A stretch of 63,504 nt of DNA, the filler included, from Folioceros fuciformis (Eukaryota), in assembly GCA_049999805.1 (NCBI GenBank). It is 7 parts of 6 records of this genome, joined end to end, with 100 filler letters (N's around TTAATTAATTAA, not from the genome) between each part and the next. Parts side by side here need not be neighbours in the genome. Positions count along the whole stretch, not along the records: positions 46,702 to 63,504 come from JBNGIO010006131.1; 6 more parts are not named here. One strand, written 5' to 3'. The notes beneath the pieces were generated by a model that worked only from the letters and a program-made list of their open reading frames with translations, did not search any database and was not told the DNA's origin. Shown piece after piece: positions 50,215-63,504 of the stretch; positions within the stretch are counted from its first letter, which is position 1; each line of letters opens with the position of its first letter. A program made the position numbers and the translations under genes.

Positions 50215-51900
50215 CTAATTTCCGTTTAAGTGCATCCTTGTGAGTTGAAACATGTTCCGTGGATAGCTGTCCGCAATCGTGCCATTGAACAGCCTGCTAG
50301 TGATGATGTGGTTGAACTTTTCAGATGGGTGGAACTCATCCCAAAACAAGTATTTATTGTAGTCGTCACAAACTGGTGTGACAGGCAAGCAAGGACTCAG
50401 TCCATTGAAACTTCCAACGCCACAACAGGCCACATTGCCGAACTCGAAGCCTGCAGAACAGCAACGTGAGTGAGGACCTACAGCACAAAGGCATGTTGGA
50501 GAAAGGTGGCTGCGAGGCCTGACCTAAAGAAGGAGGATTGAGGATGCCCCCGATTGAAATATCATAGAGGTTGTTGTAAACAAACGCAGAGCCAATTAGA
50601 GATGCTTCCAGCTCCTTCAGCATTGATCGCAAGGCTGCGTTGTAGCCTGTGGCCAGCTTGTTCACAAACTCTACACAGGGGCCTTTGCTGTTGAACTTCA
50701 CAAGCTGAGAGGGAACGCATCCCAGCGGCGGAACTCCTGTTACAACAAACCGTCTTGCTCCCATATTGTACAGCTCCTGTGCCCGTTGGCATATTGTGCA
50801 AAATGTTAAGAGGGAATTTTCAAGCAATCAAGCTTCGACAAGAAACTGGCTTCAAATTGATGCGAATTTGAGAAAAGAATGGAGTTGTCGGATGTGATTA
50901 ACCTCACCGTCAATTTGGTCCTGAATGTGGAGATGAGCAGCTTTTGGTACGCTTGTGGAGAAAATTGCTTGGCTTTCGTGGGAACAAGGAGGTAGTTGTT
51001 GATGTAGTCGTTGTTACCAGTGAGAACGTAGAAAACGGACTCTGCCACCAACTTCGTTCCGGCCTCAGGTCCGATCAGTCCGAAAATTTTGCCTTTAGCT
51101 TCCTTGAAGTGCTGGAGCTGCTTGGTTGTGGTGATCACCTGTCCCTGCAATCCAGCTGGACCTTCAGTCTCGAAAAGAATCGTGTCGAAACCGAATGGAA
51201 AAGGAACCGTCTCAAATCCATCGAACGACATCCGACTCACAAGACCCTCGAAACGCGAATTTTGTGGAATAGGAGAACTCACGAAAACGCGTCCCGTGTC
51301 GTCTAGAATGCCCGATCCAGCAGACGCGAAATTCACACCTCGAAGAAGAGCGGCTGCTGCGTTGCTCCCTCTGAAGACCGGGTCCAAGTAAGGCTTCAGC
51401 AATGGCAGTCCGAGATAGATAGCTGCAGCAAACGCAAGCCGGGATGGTGGTTCAGAGAGCCAATTCTTGAACCCATCAGCTTCCAAGAGAACTCAACATG
51501 GAATTACACGGGAGTGAACAGAACTGGTTGAAATGGGAGGCAGCTCACAGAAGAAGTCGATTGCGGTTTTCCCATTGCAGAATCTGCCGGTGGCTCGCCC
51601 GTTGGCGAACTGGCGGCCATATGGTGAGAAGTTGGACTTGGCTATTGTTTCGAGGTAGTTGTTGTTCCCGGCGTCGGCTAGGGAATCTCCGATGACGAAG
51701 AGAGCAGGAGCAAGTGGACCGGACTCTGCCACGTACCTTTGCTCCACTACTGGCAGGATCTCATCCTGCTCACGATCACGAGGAGTCGGAAGCAGTGTGC
51801 TGCTTGTGTTCGCAGATGCAGCGGTTGCAGCATTGCACAGAATCGAAGACGTGAAATATGTTACGGCCAGGAGGGCTGCCAGACTTGATCCCAGGTCCAT
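50215..51900 (-). CDS. GDSL esterase/lipase, secreted, multi-exon
   Basis: Signal peptide; ALFVIGDSLADAGNNNY, TGRFCNG, GVNFASAGSG, GNNDY, PPLGCVP, LFWDEFHPSE. Confidence 0.96.
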
Positions 51901-53049
51901 TCTCAGCCAATATGCAGATAGTGCCAGAAAGGTGAGCTGTGCAAGATGCGTTCAATGTTCAGCACTAGATGGTGCAGACTGAACTTGTCACGAGATGTAG
52001 ATGCTCAGAGCGAGTGGCGGCTACACTACGATGAGAACTTCCAAGGGACAGATATGAGCGCACAATTCTTCACGAGCATGTACATACCTCGCATTCAAGC
52101 CTGGAATATGCAAATGCATGCACACATGTTCCGACAGGGCCTGGGCATAACGGATCAATCGGGATCAAAGGTCCCAAGATTTGGAGTCCTGGAATGTCAG
52201 AGATTGAATACGTGGAGCAGGACCATGGACAAGTACCGCTGTGCTGGGCAGAAGGGGCTTGAAAGAGGCCCTGGGTGACATTCACAGGTGCACATTGGAG
52301 TCTGCAGGGATCATTTATAGATGCTGCACAACATAGGAGGAGGGGCCACCGACACCAAACAACGTGGCCAGCATAAGCATCCAACAACCAGGCCTTCGCA
52401 GGAGGGAGGTCTGGGTAAGCTAGCATAAATGAGTACGGTGGTCCAACAGCAGTTTTAACTGCGATTCGCCATAGCCGTGGACGATCCCTCCCTTTCCAGG
52501 CCAGCACATGGTGACATTGCTGAGGCTCTTCACGGGCGTACTCCATCGTGTAAAAGCACCTGAAGCAGAACTGCAGCAGCTACCACCACTTAAGGATGCC
52601 ATCGCTGCAGTGGGGTTGCTGACCTTTTCGGCAATTGCTTGCTGAAGGCAGATTGGATCAGTGTTGAAACATAGCTCTTGCTGTCTGTCGGTACGCAGGT
52701 CTGAGTTATGTGAGGTGTCCTGAGGAGAGCTTTCCAGTCTGCGTGCTGCGCACGAAATTTGTGGAAAGTGGGGAGTTACATGCTTCTGGAATTCTGGACC
52801 TTTCGACAAGATTGCGGAGCGGTGCCACTCAATCCGGATGGAACGTATCGACGGCTTGTCAGGACTGAAAATACTTTTTGACAAAGTGCCTTTAGTGTAG
52901 ATGAGGTCAGAGGTGTCCGAGCATGCACGACAAGCGTCGCAAGTACCACGGGGTGCTCGTAGTGCATTTGCTGGAAGACATGAGGTGATTGACTCTCAAA
53001 TTGGGTAGAAGCGCACTACGAACTCTGAGTTCGGCTTTAACAAAATGTG

Positions 53050-54340
53050 ACGTACACACGACACCTGAACAGCCCCGCCCAGACACACGAGCACAGGTCC
53101 TGACGAATGGGCGAAATCTGGTCTACCAAACTTCAGGTCTCTTTCCAGAATTCCCTATCCACATGTAGGCCAAAATGCAGTGAAATCCGTTCAGAAGAGA
53201 ACACTAAACAGGCAAAACACCATCGCTCCTAGCAATTACGAGGCCGATGGGACATGCTGTTCCGGAAAATTCAAGATACAGATGACAGCATGTCGAAGAG
53301 GTTATGAGGGAGGGGACGTACCTATGTGGTGCCATCCACCTTACTAAAGGAATGAAAATGACAGACCATGGCTAGTATGAGTACGAATGACTCCTACGCC
53401 TGCATTGCCCACATAGCCAAACACGTACGCAGTAGCCACGCCTTCACCAACACGTGGGAGTGAGGACTACCACCAGCGCTGGTAATCTGGAGCAGATCTG
53501 GAGCCAACGTGCGTAGAACTCAATCAAACTCTCCAAGGACAGTCACCTCGTGGGTGACAGCTCTTCGATCCAACGTATGAAACGTCTGCACAAGAATCTC
53601 GATGGAGACTTTCGATCCAGGCTAAAGAGTCTTCTTCATCCCAAACTTGTACTATCCCGGCACTCTTCTAAATCCTGACCAGGCCTATAGGTTCTGTGTC
53701 AAGAGCTTCTCCTACACATTCCACAACATAAAATTGACATAACAAAATTGTGACGGTACTTTTCTCGGCTAACGCAAAGCAGGTAACCCAGGGGCAACAG
53801 CACGAGAAGAACTGGGGCGAAGGACCTTACTGATTCGGCGTCCGTCTGAGACCCCGCAACTCAGGGCATCTTTCCCGATGTCGACTGAGGGAAATTGCAG
53901 CTGCCATGCTGATGATCTTCTCCGGCTACCTACGTCTATGACTCTCAGACGTTGCAAAAACCCGATGAGAGGGCCTCCTGGAGTTGAAGGTTTCTGTCGC
54001 ATGAACGCCTTGGCAACATATGTGTGTTTCCAATTACTACTTCCGCCTCAGTTGCTGGCCATTCACAAAGAGCTCCGAACGCCGAGCAAATCCGCCTCAG
54101 ATGTTGGCCCTTCAGAAAGTCCTCCAAACTCCGAGAAATCCGCCTCAGTGGCTGGCCCTTCAGAAAGGGCTCCAAACTCCAGGAAATCCGCCTCAGTGGC
54201 TGGCCCTTAAGAAAGAGCTCCGAACTCCAAGCCAATCGGACTTAGTTGCTGGCCTTTCAGAACCTTAGTTTGCTTGCCATGGCAGTGTTTGACCCCTCCA
54301 AGACAACTGCCTGCAAGATACCTTACACCGTGGAAGCAAC
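53050..54340 (-). pseudogene. Internally deleted, decayed duplicate of CBP80 (upstream region + exon 1 joined to a late exon)
   Basis: 53835-53930 matches CBP80 exon 1 and UTR (61225-61340). 53460-53715 matches the exon at ~57840-58085. 54270-54340 matches ~61505-61570. The start ATG is mutated to ATC. Confidence 0.85.
54042..54264. repeat. 48-bp tandem repeat x ~4.6 (TCCGCCTCAGTGGCTGGCCCTTCAGAAAGAGCTCCAAACTCCGAGAAA)
   Basis: Units start at about 54042, 54091, 54139, 54187 and 54236. Confidence 0.9.
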
Positions 54341-54348
54341 ACAATGCT

Positions 54349-55484
54349 TCAGCTCTTGCTTCCGCCCTCTTCCTCCTCCAACTGCTTGATCAGGCTTGCA
54401 CGTTCCGCTGCCTGCAACAGCTACAGCAATCAGAGAGCCAGAACAAATACAAATATAACATGAAACGAAAAACAAGAAGACCGTATGCTCTTTTTGATGA
54501 TGAAGAGTCCATCCGCAGGGTCTTACACGTCGTAATTTCAACAGAGTCGCATCTTCGTAGCGCTGGTACGCTGAATGAGCATGATAGCCAGTTTCCCCGC
54601 CCTTCGGCTTTTGCCGCTCCTCTTTCACAGTTTGAGAAACTTTACTTTTCTCAGCTGGAGGATGAGCAAACACCACAGACAGTGGAATGGAAAAGTCTCC
54701 ACAATCCGATTTAGAGGCAAGAATCTGGACATCAAAGATATTGGTCGAATCAGACCTAAATCCACAGATCCTGGAACAACCTCAAATGGAGAAGGAAATA
54801 TACCGCTGCTTCTTTAGATTTCATGACAATCAAGGCAGAACTCCTCCTTTTCGTGTTGCTAGGCCGTATCACCACGTCTTCAACAGTTCCAAACTGCTGG
54901 AAAATTTCCAGCAACTTGTCTGCCGTATACCCGCCGGACTCATCCTCGGAACAAGACCACGAAACCCTAACCATCCTCTCCTTCTCATCCACTGGGGCTC
55001 TTGGGGCCGGCTTTGCCTCATACGCTGAGGACGGCTCCCAGTTCCCCCTGTCCAAACCCCTGAGAGAGTCCATCAGGCGGGCCTTCCGGATCCTGGCAAT
55101 CTCACATCTCAACTTTGCTGCCTTCGCATTTTCAGCTCTGCAATGCTGTTCCTCCAAATCATGGGCTTTTTCCCTTTCCCTCAAATCTGTCATCATTTTT
55201 ATTCGCTTGGCACTGCGGTTGCACTCCTTCTCCACCCTAGCCCTGCGCACCGCCAGCAACTCATCGTAGGCCTTCCTTGCCTGCTCATCCGACAGGACCT
55301 CGTACGCCTTCTGCAGCTTCCTAAACTCCTCAGCCGCGGCGGCATCGTCGGGCCTCTTGTCTGGGTGACACGAAAGTGCTTTGGCCCGATAGGCCTTGCG
55401 AATCTCTGCCTGTGTGAGTTTGAACAAGGCATCCTCTGATCCCTCAAATCCCAGATCCCTGTAATAGTCTTCGCCCCCTTCCAT
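54349..55484 (-). CDS. DNAJC17: DNAJC17/Cwc23-like J-domain + RRM splicing co-chaperone
   Basis: DYYRDLG..IRKAYRAKALSCHPDK; RRM (VRVSW..IFQQFGTVEDVVI); later exons YEDATLLKLRR and AAERASLIKQLEEEEGGSKS*. Confidence 0.88.
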
Positions 55485-55841
55485 CTCTTGAGCCCGATTC
55501 CAGACCGATCCGCAAACTCTGTGTCACGCCGCGTCTCCCTTCGTCTACGACTGCACGCACGAGTTAAATGATTTATATGCGAAATATGCACAGGGTGCGT
55601 ATACTTATACCAAACCGAGCGACCTAATGTATTTATATACTTTTTGTCTCAAGAGGATTCAGCCCTTCTGCGCATTTAGCAATTCGAGGATTACAGTATC
55701 GAGGCGGAGCGAGATCTCGTCTGGGCAAAGCTAGCGAGCACAGACACCGCGTGGAGGCCCCGGAAGCGCGTCCGAAAGAAGCAGATCAGAGGGCGGCACC
55801 TCCTAGGGCCGGGGAAGGTTAAGGCAGTGGAACCGGTAGAC

Positions 55842-56326
55842 ATGGGGAGAGTGCCAGTGCGCCTGAGGGAGGTGCAGTACGCCCTTTCTCCGTTTGAGCA
55901 GGACATCATGTCCGGCCTGTGGAAGGACGCCTCCTACAAGATTACCAAGAAGATTACTGAGAACTGGGCGTCTGCCTTGACCCTGGTTGTGCCAGTCGTG
56001 GGAACCTACTGGTGAGTTCTTCGTGTCTTCCCTCTCTCGTCGCCGCTTGAGCTATGCATCTATTCGGGATGTAGGTTTCAGTAGCAATAGTGCCGGCTCC
56101 AACATGTTTTTGTGTAGATCCATGAAAGTCTCAGGTGTCGGGATTGTGGAGTTCGCTTGTTTTAGGTCTTTGGTTGCAAGTTTTGTAATTGTGATGTGCT
56201 GTCTGTTGCATCATCCGTCGAGGTTATATGTGGCACTAATCTTTACATTGCTCGTCGTTTTACGTGCCGACTCTCAGGTATGCGGGATACTACAAAGAAC
56301 AGGAGAAGCTTCATCATCGGTACTGA
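55842..56326 (+). CDS. QCR8: Cytochrome bc1 complex subunit 8 (2 exons: 55842-56011, 56278-56326; 72 aa)
   Basis: MGRVPVRLREVQYALSPFEQDIMSGLWKD...ENW...GTYWYAGYYKEQEKLHHRY*, with a GT-AG intron. Confidence 0.95.
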
Positions 56327-56554
56327 ATTATTTCCCGGTGAACTGATTTCCGACAGTATAGTTTAGGTGGTTGGAACACCAGGGTGGACTCTTCACTCGT
56401 TGCATTCGTTGTTGATTACTGCTGTGCTGTTTCCCCTGTCCACATTGTTCTGGAGCTTGGCGGTAAAAACTGTTTAGTACAAGTCCCGCGATTTCTCAGT
56501 GACATCGAAATGCAAAAATGTCTTCATTATGAACGTTTCTGATGAAGTACAGTG

Positions 56555-59500
56555 CTACGATGGCACAACGGGATCTACTTTCATGGCGTTAGAGTTCCTC
56601 CTCAGTATCATGTTAATTGCCTCACCTATGAGTGGGTGTAGATCTCCAGAGAACACTTCCGCATCTAGCTTATCGATAAGCATCCACACCTGCAATGTTA
56701 GAAAACCACGTGATTACTACGAACTCGAATCCACCGTAATGCAGCAAAACTGCAACGTCTATACCTCATTAGAGTAATGTCGGACGATGACCTTCAACCA
56801 GCCCAAAGTGCACCTAAGCCATTGCTGTTCCTCAAGGTCCTCCGTGTCCGTGTCTACTTTGCCGTTTGTCGTAGAACTGCGAGGGAACACAATCCAGGCA
56901 CGTTTAGCGCGCAGTGATTAATGAGATGATCATGCACAAGCTATGTGCTCGACAGGTCAAATCTGGAGGCATGACAATACAGTTCTTTCTTGGCTTCGCC
57001 GTTGGTTGGTTCCTGCCCCTCTGCTGGTGGAGACACATCCACATCCATGGGCTTCTGTTCACTTTCATCACCCTCTTGTGGGTCTTTGATTGCTTCAGGT
57101 TTCGATAGCCTCTCCGTCAACACCAACACGAAGCTCTGAAAAATGGTTATGAACAGGGCCTGTAACAAAAACCCGAGAGCCCCAGTCAACATCGAAATGG
57201 GCCCGCGATTCCCACGTTTAGTCCACAACAGCATGAACTTATCACACGAGCGCACCTCTTGTTCTCTGATGGCACGCGCCAACAGTGCCTCCTTGGCTTC
57301 AAGAGCTTCTTGGGCCGAGTTTGCCTCCTCATTCTTCTTCTTTAACATTAGCTGGGACCATTCATACTTTGCTGAAGCCTCTGGATTTCCTTCGTCCTGC
57401 TCATGAACACTTTTTGCAGTCTCACATTTTATCTTGGCCTCGTTTGCAGCAACACTTGCCTCCTTGGCAGCCTTGTCTGCAGCGGCCAGCTCCTTCTTCA
57501 GGTCCGTGGTTCGATTGTTTGTCTTGTTTATTGCATTTCGAAGCACCTGAAACAGCAAGCACCAGAGCTGATGTTCAGGGCTTCAGCTCGTGCGGATCCG
57601 TCCAACACCGTCAACACTGAGAAACAGGGATGCAACGCAACACACTCAGACTGTTGAAAAAACCACAGCACGAGCGTACCTCCCAAATGTGATCAGATGT
57701 GTGGAACCTCTGTACATTGTAGTCCGTAAACACCCATTTGACAATCGCCAGATTTGAAACAATGCGATAACCCATCATTCTATCAACAGCAATGGAGATC
57801 ATTTGGTGCGAATTTTGCCAGAAGGCAGCTACTACTTCTACCACCAGTGCTTGACTAGCCACATCGGGAGCCAACTTGTGAAGCACTTGACCAAACTTTT
57901 CGAGCACAGTCACCAAATGTGTGAAGCTCTTTGATCCGACGTATAGAAGAGTCTGCACAAGAATCTCGATGGCAACTTTTGATCCATGTGCAGGCAGAAG
58001 CTGCTCTTCAACCCAAACTTGTACTATCCTAGCAGTCTTCTTACCCCTGACCAGTCCTATTAGCTCTGTAGCAAGAGCTATCTCAGCCTCAGACGCCTTC
58101 CCTTGCTTGTCAGCACTATATTTAAAACTGACACTCGATTTTGGAGGTAATAACCTGGCTAGTCGAGGAACCGTTTGAACACTCTGCACCATCATTATAG
58201 AAAAGCAGAAAGAATACTTCATAAGCATTCAACAGGTACACCCCCCGAGAAGAAAATTTGCCACAATCATACCCTACCTCCTTCACTCTTTCCCAATATG
58301 AAAGCCGAATTTCTTTCTCCAAAACTTCCTCAGCAAAAACCCGTTGTGGCGACCAGATAGGCTGATCCAATACATGTTCCCACTCCTCCCAAGGCCAAAC
58401 AAACTGGAAGTTCGATCTGGAGAATATCATAATGTCAACCTTGAACAACCCATATCAAACAGAAAGCGCACAGACAAGACCACATGACACTGAAACAAAT
58501 GGAATGAAAGGAACATACAAGTGATGAGCTAGCCACTGAGTCAGACGGGTGTTACACTCAACGTCCATTTCTCCTATACGTGCAAAGAGGGCACGAACAG
58601 CTGCAGCCAAAACAGCTGGAAATGCCCCTGGTAGCGCCTAGAAATTGACATGCATCAAAACGTTCAGTTTGAGCCCTTGCCCACATCCAAGCGAAACAAG
58701 TACAAAAAAGTTAGTTATGCAGGTGACACATGCAGAATCCTCTTTGAACACTGGAAACAGAAATCAGAAGCAGAACTCAGCCAGCTCAGGCTCGAGGACT
58801 CACCTTGCAAAGGTCCACCATGACAATTGTGTAGTATATAAGCCTGAAAGGTGGTTTAGGCAAAAGCAGTAACTACCAGACAACAAGAAAAAGGTAAGAC
58901 CCGAGGCAGGTAGCTGTTTCATAACCATGAAATAACCAAACCATAATTTTTTCTTTCATATGCAGAAATGCACTCTCAGAGCTTAAAGCTTTGCGCAATG
59001 TACCTGAGAGAATATAGTTTCAGCCAACACGTATTCGTAGCGAAAGGGAACAGGGAGGCCACCCAAATATGATGCACATTCCTTTCGACTGGAGGCAGGA
59101 AACACATCAGTGGCCATGCAAATCACAGGATAAGCACAGATCGAGTACAAGAACCATGAGAGGGGCTTACCACCCATTTAAGTAGAAAAGAACATCCAAA
59201 ATGTATTCTTCCACGACGAACCGATCAACAGGTGAAATTTTCTGGGACCGAAAAAAACCCTTAGATTCAAGAAGACTAATCGCACACAAACCTGGACTGG
59301 AATAGCACATGACCCAGCAGCCGGGTTGGACAACAGTTTTCAGGAATTTCCACTGCATGCCGTTATGGCATTGAAGTACCTCATCAGTCATTGAAGCAGG
59401 AAATATATGTAGCCGCCTCATTCGTGGAGGAAACTTCTCGGAGGCCTCATGTTGCTGCTGACCTATAGACGTGTCTGTTTGCGGTGAAATAGGTGGAGGT

Positions 59501-61321
59501 GTGTCAGGACACTCGAGAGGACCGAAGTCATGACTCTGTGCCGTTGCCAAGCGGGCTTCAAACACCCGATGAGGCCTTGGAGCTGTGTCAAACAAAGGAC
59601 TTCATAAAGATGGGCTCGTCACACGTTCATAAGCTAGAGAGTTTCCTCATTGCACAAAAAAGATGAAAGCGTTCCAGTCGTCATCATCCAGTTCAGAGCT
59701 CCTACCACTGTCAACCTTCCACCCACTGTCACGAAGTGCCTGTATCCGCTGCCAGAGGTCCTCCAGGTAGTCCTGCAAGCAAAAGCAAAAACTATTTTCC
59801 ATTACAAAAAGGAATTAGCACAAAGTAGAATGGAGTGAAAGAAAGCTAGGAAAACTTAAAGAGCTCGAGTCTTACAATCTGTTGGTCAGTTCCCTTCACT
59901 TCAAAGACGAGCAATCCAGGTTCAAGAACACACTTCCTTAGACGGAAATACGCCTCTACACCAAGCAGGACTCGCTCGAGCTCTTCTGGAACGCGCTGCG
60001 TGAAATAGTGCAGATTGTTTCATTTGAAGCAACCCTCAAATCCATGGATGCGGATGGAAATCAACCTAGCTGGAGATGCTCACCTCTGTGAGATCCAGTC
60101 CGCCCCAGGGAAGGCATGCCAGTATACAGGTGACATAAAAATCTGCCCGTGGTTGCCAAGAAGGGTTGCCTCTCTCTTCATCAACCGTTGTTGCTGCTGA
60201 CGATACAAGCATCTCAAACACGTCTATTAGGGCAGCTGACGCCACAACATTGCTACATGTCTGGACAGGCCCAAGAAATTTCATTAGAAATGGCTTGCAG
60301 GCAAGAATTTTGGAAACCCACCACTACAAATGCTTGTAGCAAATACCCCCCCCCCCCCCAGCTGAATTGCCACGACAAATGACTGTGCTGGAAAATTGTT
60401 CATGATAGCTCTTTGATGAACCTAGAAACCCTTCCTCTCCATGACCCTACACAATAGACTGCGATAGGAAAAGAAAAGGAACTTCACCAGAACTGTCAAG
60501 AAGCGCATCAAAATTCGGATTTGATTGCAATTTCCTGCTGCAAGCGCATCCTGTTCGCACAATGAAGTTAAGGTGTACACACGTACCAGGCCTCAGCTCT
60601 CCAATGCGAACTCAAAACCTATCAAGTTTTACCTGCAGCCTAGTGTGGACCTGGTCCACAACTTTTGCACCAAACTCGTTGTCTTCAAGATTTATCAAGC
60701 CTACCTGAAACAATAATGACAAGCCCACCAGTAAGGAGCTCAGACTACGGAGATCACGACGCAGGAAAAATAATAAGAACTTCGAGAATCAGAGAAGTCT
60801 CTGGACGACTATAATCTTACCAAAGTGCCATACAATGGGCTCTTATGTGGTAGCTCCACCGCACAGTGCAACAACAACTTTGAGTTCATGCAGCACCAAG
60901 CACGACTTTAGTTCCCCAGAAGTCCGCATCACCAACTTCCAACTAATTTCCAACAGGAACTTCCAGCGTTGCGAACGTGTAGCAGGTTGAATCGAACCAA
61001 TTTGCTGCTAGCCCCAGGTCAGGGCAAACAACTTACTGCAAGGATGTCGTCCCTCGCAGATGAGTGCTGCAGCTCCTTATGAAGCTGGTTGTAGCAGGTC
61101 TCCTGGCCATTCCACAACCAAAAAAAAAATGACACTGCGAAATTACGACGGCCGTTTCTTCCGCCACAGCGAAGCAGTTGACCTAGCAGCAACATCACCA
61201 TAATTGATAAGGCGGAGGAGCTAACAATGTGATCTTCGGCGTCCGTGTGAGCACCCCCGTACTCAGCGCATCTTTCCCCCAGCCGAATGAGAAGAGAATT
61301 CCAGCTGACACTGCTGGTCAT
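56555..61321 (-). CDS. ABH1: Nuclear cap-binding protein subunit 1 (CBP80/ABH1), multi-exon
   Basis: SWNSLLIRLGERCAEYGG; DEERGNPSWQPRADFYVTCILACLPWGG; PVDRFVVEEYILDVL; SNFQFVWPWEEW; LLYVGSKSFTHLVTVLEKFGQV; IAVDRMMGYRIVSNLAIVKWVF. Confidence 0.95.
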
Positions 61322-63504
61322 CTTCTCCGGCTACCTGCGACTCCCACGCATAGACGTTGCAGAAGCACGAAAAGAGGCGGCTTTCCCGAGCCTAAGGCCT
61401 CTTTTGCATGACTTCCCTGGCACCTTAGATGTTTGCACTTGTCATTTCCGCCTCAGTGATTCCCGTTTCAAAACACCTTCGACCTTCGACCCTAAGAACC
61501 GTCCTTCGCTTGCAATGGCAGTGTTCCACCCTTCCAACACAATTGCTTTCCACAAGACCTGGAAACAACTGAAGACAACTCCTGTGTACTGAATTCAAAA
61601 ACCCTTAAACCTGACTATTCCGAAGGTAAAGCCCACACCACGCTCCTGGGTACTTTATGGACTAACATAAATGCTAGTACACATTGGCTTTTATTATGAT
61701 CTAATCATACGGGTATGGGTAAGAGAACATGAAAGTGAGCCTTGCATTCCATAAGCGAGGGACGCAAAGAACAAGGGACCAAGACTATAAAACCACAATG
61801 TATAGGCAATAAAATACCCATGATTTTGGTTTCTTGTACACCTAATGAAGTTTAAGTTACGATTATATATGAGACTGCATCAAATAAGTTTTTCTAGCAA
61901 CTTCGGCAAGGGTTTCATGGCAACCGAATGTTTGGCTTGTGCGCTACCCCTCAATTTAGTTACTATCTTAGTGTCTTCTTGTTTTTATGAGGTGTCAAAC
62001 TCTATAGCAACTATTGATAAGTAGAGCTTGCTGCTAATAAGTAGAAAGTAGAACATACTGCTGGCAGCTTTACAACCAAAAGCAAATTAAACACAAACTT
62101 CACATTGCTCAAACCTGGACTAAAGCAATTTCAATACCTTACACCTATCGGAAGAAGGATACCATCTCCTATAGTGCAATAGGAAGAAGACAACCATAGA
62201 CAAATAGATGGTCATGCCCTAGGTGTCACTTCATCCTGTCTATTGTTGCATATAATTGTGAAATATCTCCGTCCTTCTTGGATTCCTTGCATAATGCCAT
62301 CAACAATAGGATTCATGGCGTATGTCCAAGAGACAATCCACTTCCAAGCACTTTGCTTGTGCATTATTGCATAATTTGCATAGTTTCTGCACAGCACAAC
62401 GCATGCAAGCAGTGTGCAACCTACAAAGAAATCAATGATGCTTGTAATTTCTCACCTTAGCCATTTATCATGATATGAAGCACTGGTATCATGTGAAGCT
62501 ACATTTTGTGCATGTCGCAAGTCACCAAAATGAAACTGTTCTTCATCTTCCTCTTCATTGATATGGAGTGGTGGTGGCTGCACTCAACGTTGCAATTAGG
62601 CTTCTTCCTCAACTACTATGACAACAAGCTACTATGACAACAAGATGTCAGAATGTCTATCTACAAATCTTCATCGTCCACACTAGGTTCAAATTCCTTG
62701 ACAACTTTGCATGACCCTTGTGGTAAGACCATCACAAAGTGAAAAAATCGTAGGCTTATTCATATGGAACACTATTCATGTGATTAAAACCCTAAAAAAA
62801 TACTCATGATTCATTAAACGAAATGGTTCATATCGTCCCAGCCTTGGAGACAAGGAACTGCTTGTAAGGGTGAGCTGGGTCTGAGTGTTCATGTGGAGGG
62901 TTATGCCGGGCTGGCTAGGCAGATTGAATTTTGTTTTTTCTTTGATGTAAAATAACTGCTGATGCACGACGTCAAATTGCAGAGATGCTTTCCCATGTCA
63001 TGCGCACAACAGGACGCACTTTCTGTCCTGCCCTCCATGGCGCGACAGAGTCGGACTTCTTAAATGACCAGGAAGAGACCAGAATTTGTTTTTTTCTCTA
63101 AAGGCGCCGCCCAGATGGAGAAACCAACTCCGTAGATCATGCGAGCATGCAACGGAGAATTCCAAAGAGTCTGCTCTCTAATACTTTTCGCCATCCCAAG
63201 TTTGACGCAAAAAGACGTTGGGATTTGGACAAGTCGATGTCACCTCCATTTAAGCGCAGAGCACACGACACTGCTTCAAGGCGCAGGGAACGGCACTGGA
63301 ATCACGTCTCTTCACAGCGAAATCTGCCATCCGAGACGTCTCAAAGCTCTTGCCTTCTGGCAATCCCGACTGAGACTGTGGATCCCGGCCGAGGAAGATC
63401 GCGAAACTTGTGAGGAAGCTCGATTCGAACCATGGCAGCGAGGATTGCCTGCGCGCCGTCCTCCGCGGCACTCAACTGCGGCGCGTCGAGAAACGTTGAG
63501 AGCA

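Noticed and set aside
61600..63504. Gene or TE in the terminal 2 kb (includes an 18-bp tandem duplication near 62615-62648)
   Set aside because: Only short ORFs without recognisable domains; no call can be supported.

Overview
Eukaryotic nuclear DNA from a compact, short-intron land plant with flagellated sperm. It is most likely a hornwort, inferred from the PLS-PPR with long 'LL'-type motifs, the CFAP43 gene and the ~70-150 bp introns. The window is several contigs joined by six artificial N44-TTAATTAATTAA-N44 spacers plus two plain 100-N gaps, so adjacency across spacers is unproven. The left arm holds a BAHD acyltransferase (missed by the ORF track), an E+ PLS-PPR editing factor, a four-CNB-domain AGC kinase (PKG-like), the 5' end of CCC1, NCA1, ribulosamine 3-kinase, a secreted knottin-like precursor and the 5' half of CFAP43. 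The middle (26-46.6 kb) is retrotransposon-rich: a long orphan RING-H2 ORF, an Athila-like Ty3/gypsy element and three Ty1/copia elements, one apparently nested in another. The right arm holds a decayed ORF region, a GDSL lipase, an internally deleted CBP80 pseudocopy, DNAJC17, QCR8 and CBP80/ABH1. The most notable items are the 4xCNB kinase, the knottin precursor and the RING-H2 ORF. No rRNA, tRNA or CRISPR array was seen.
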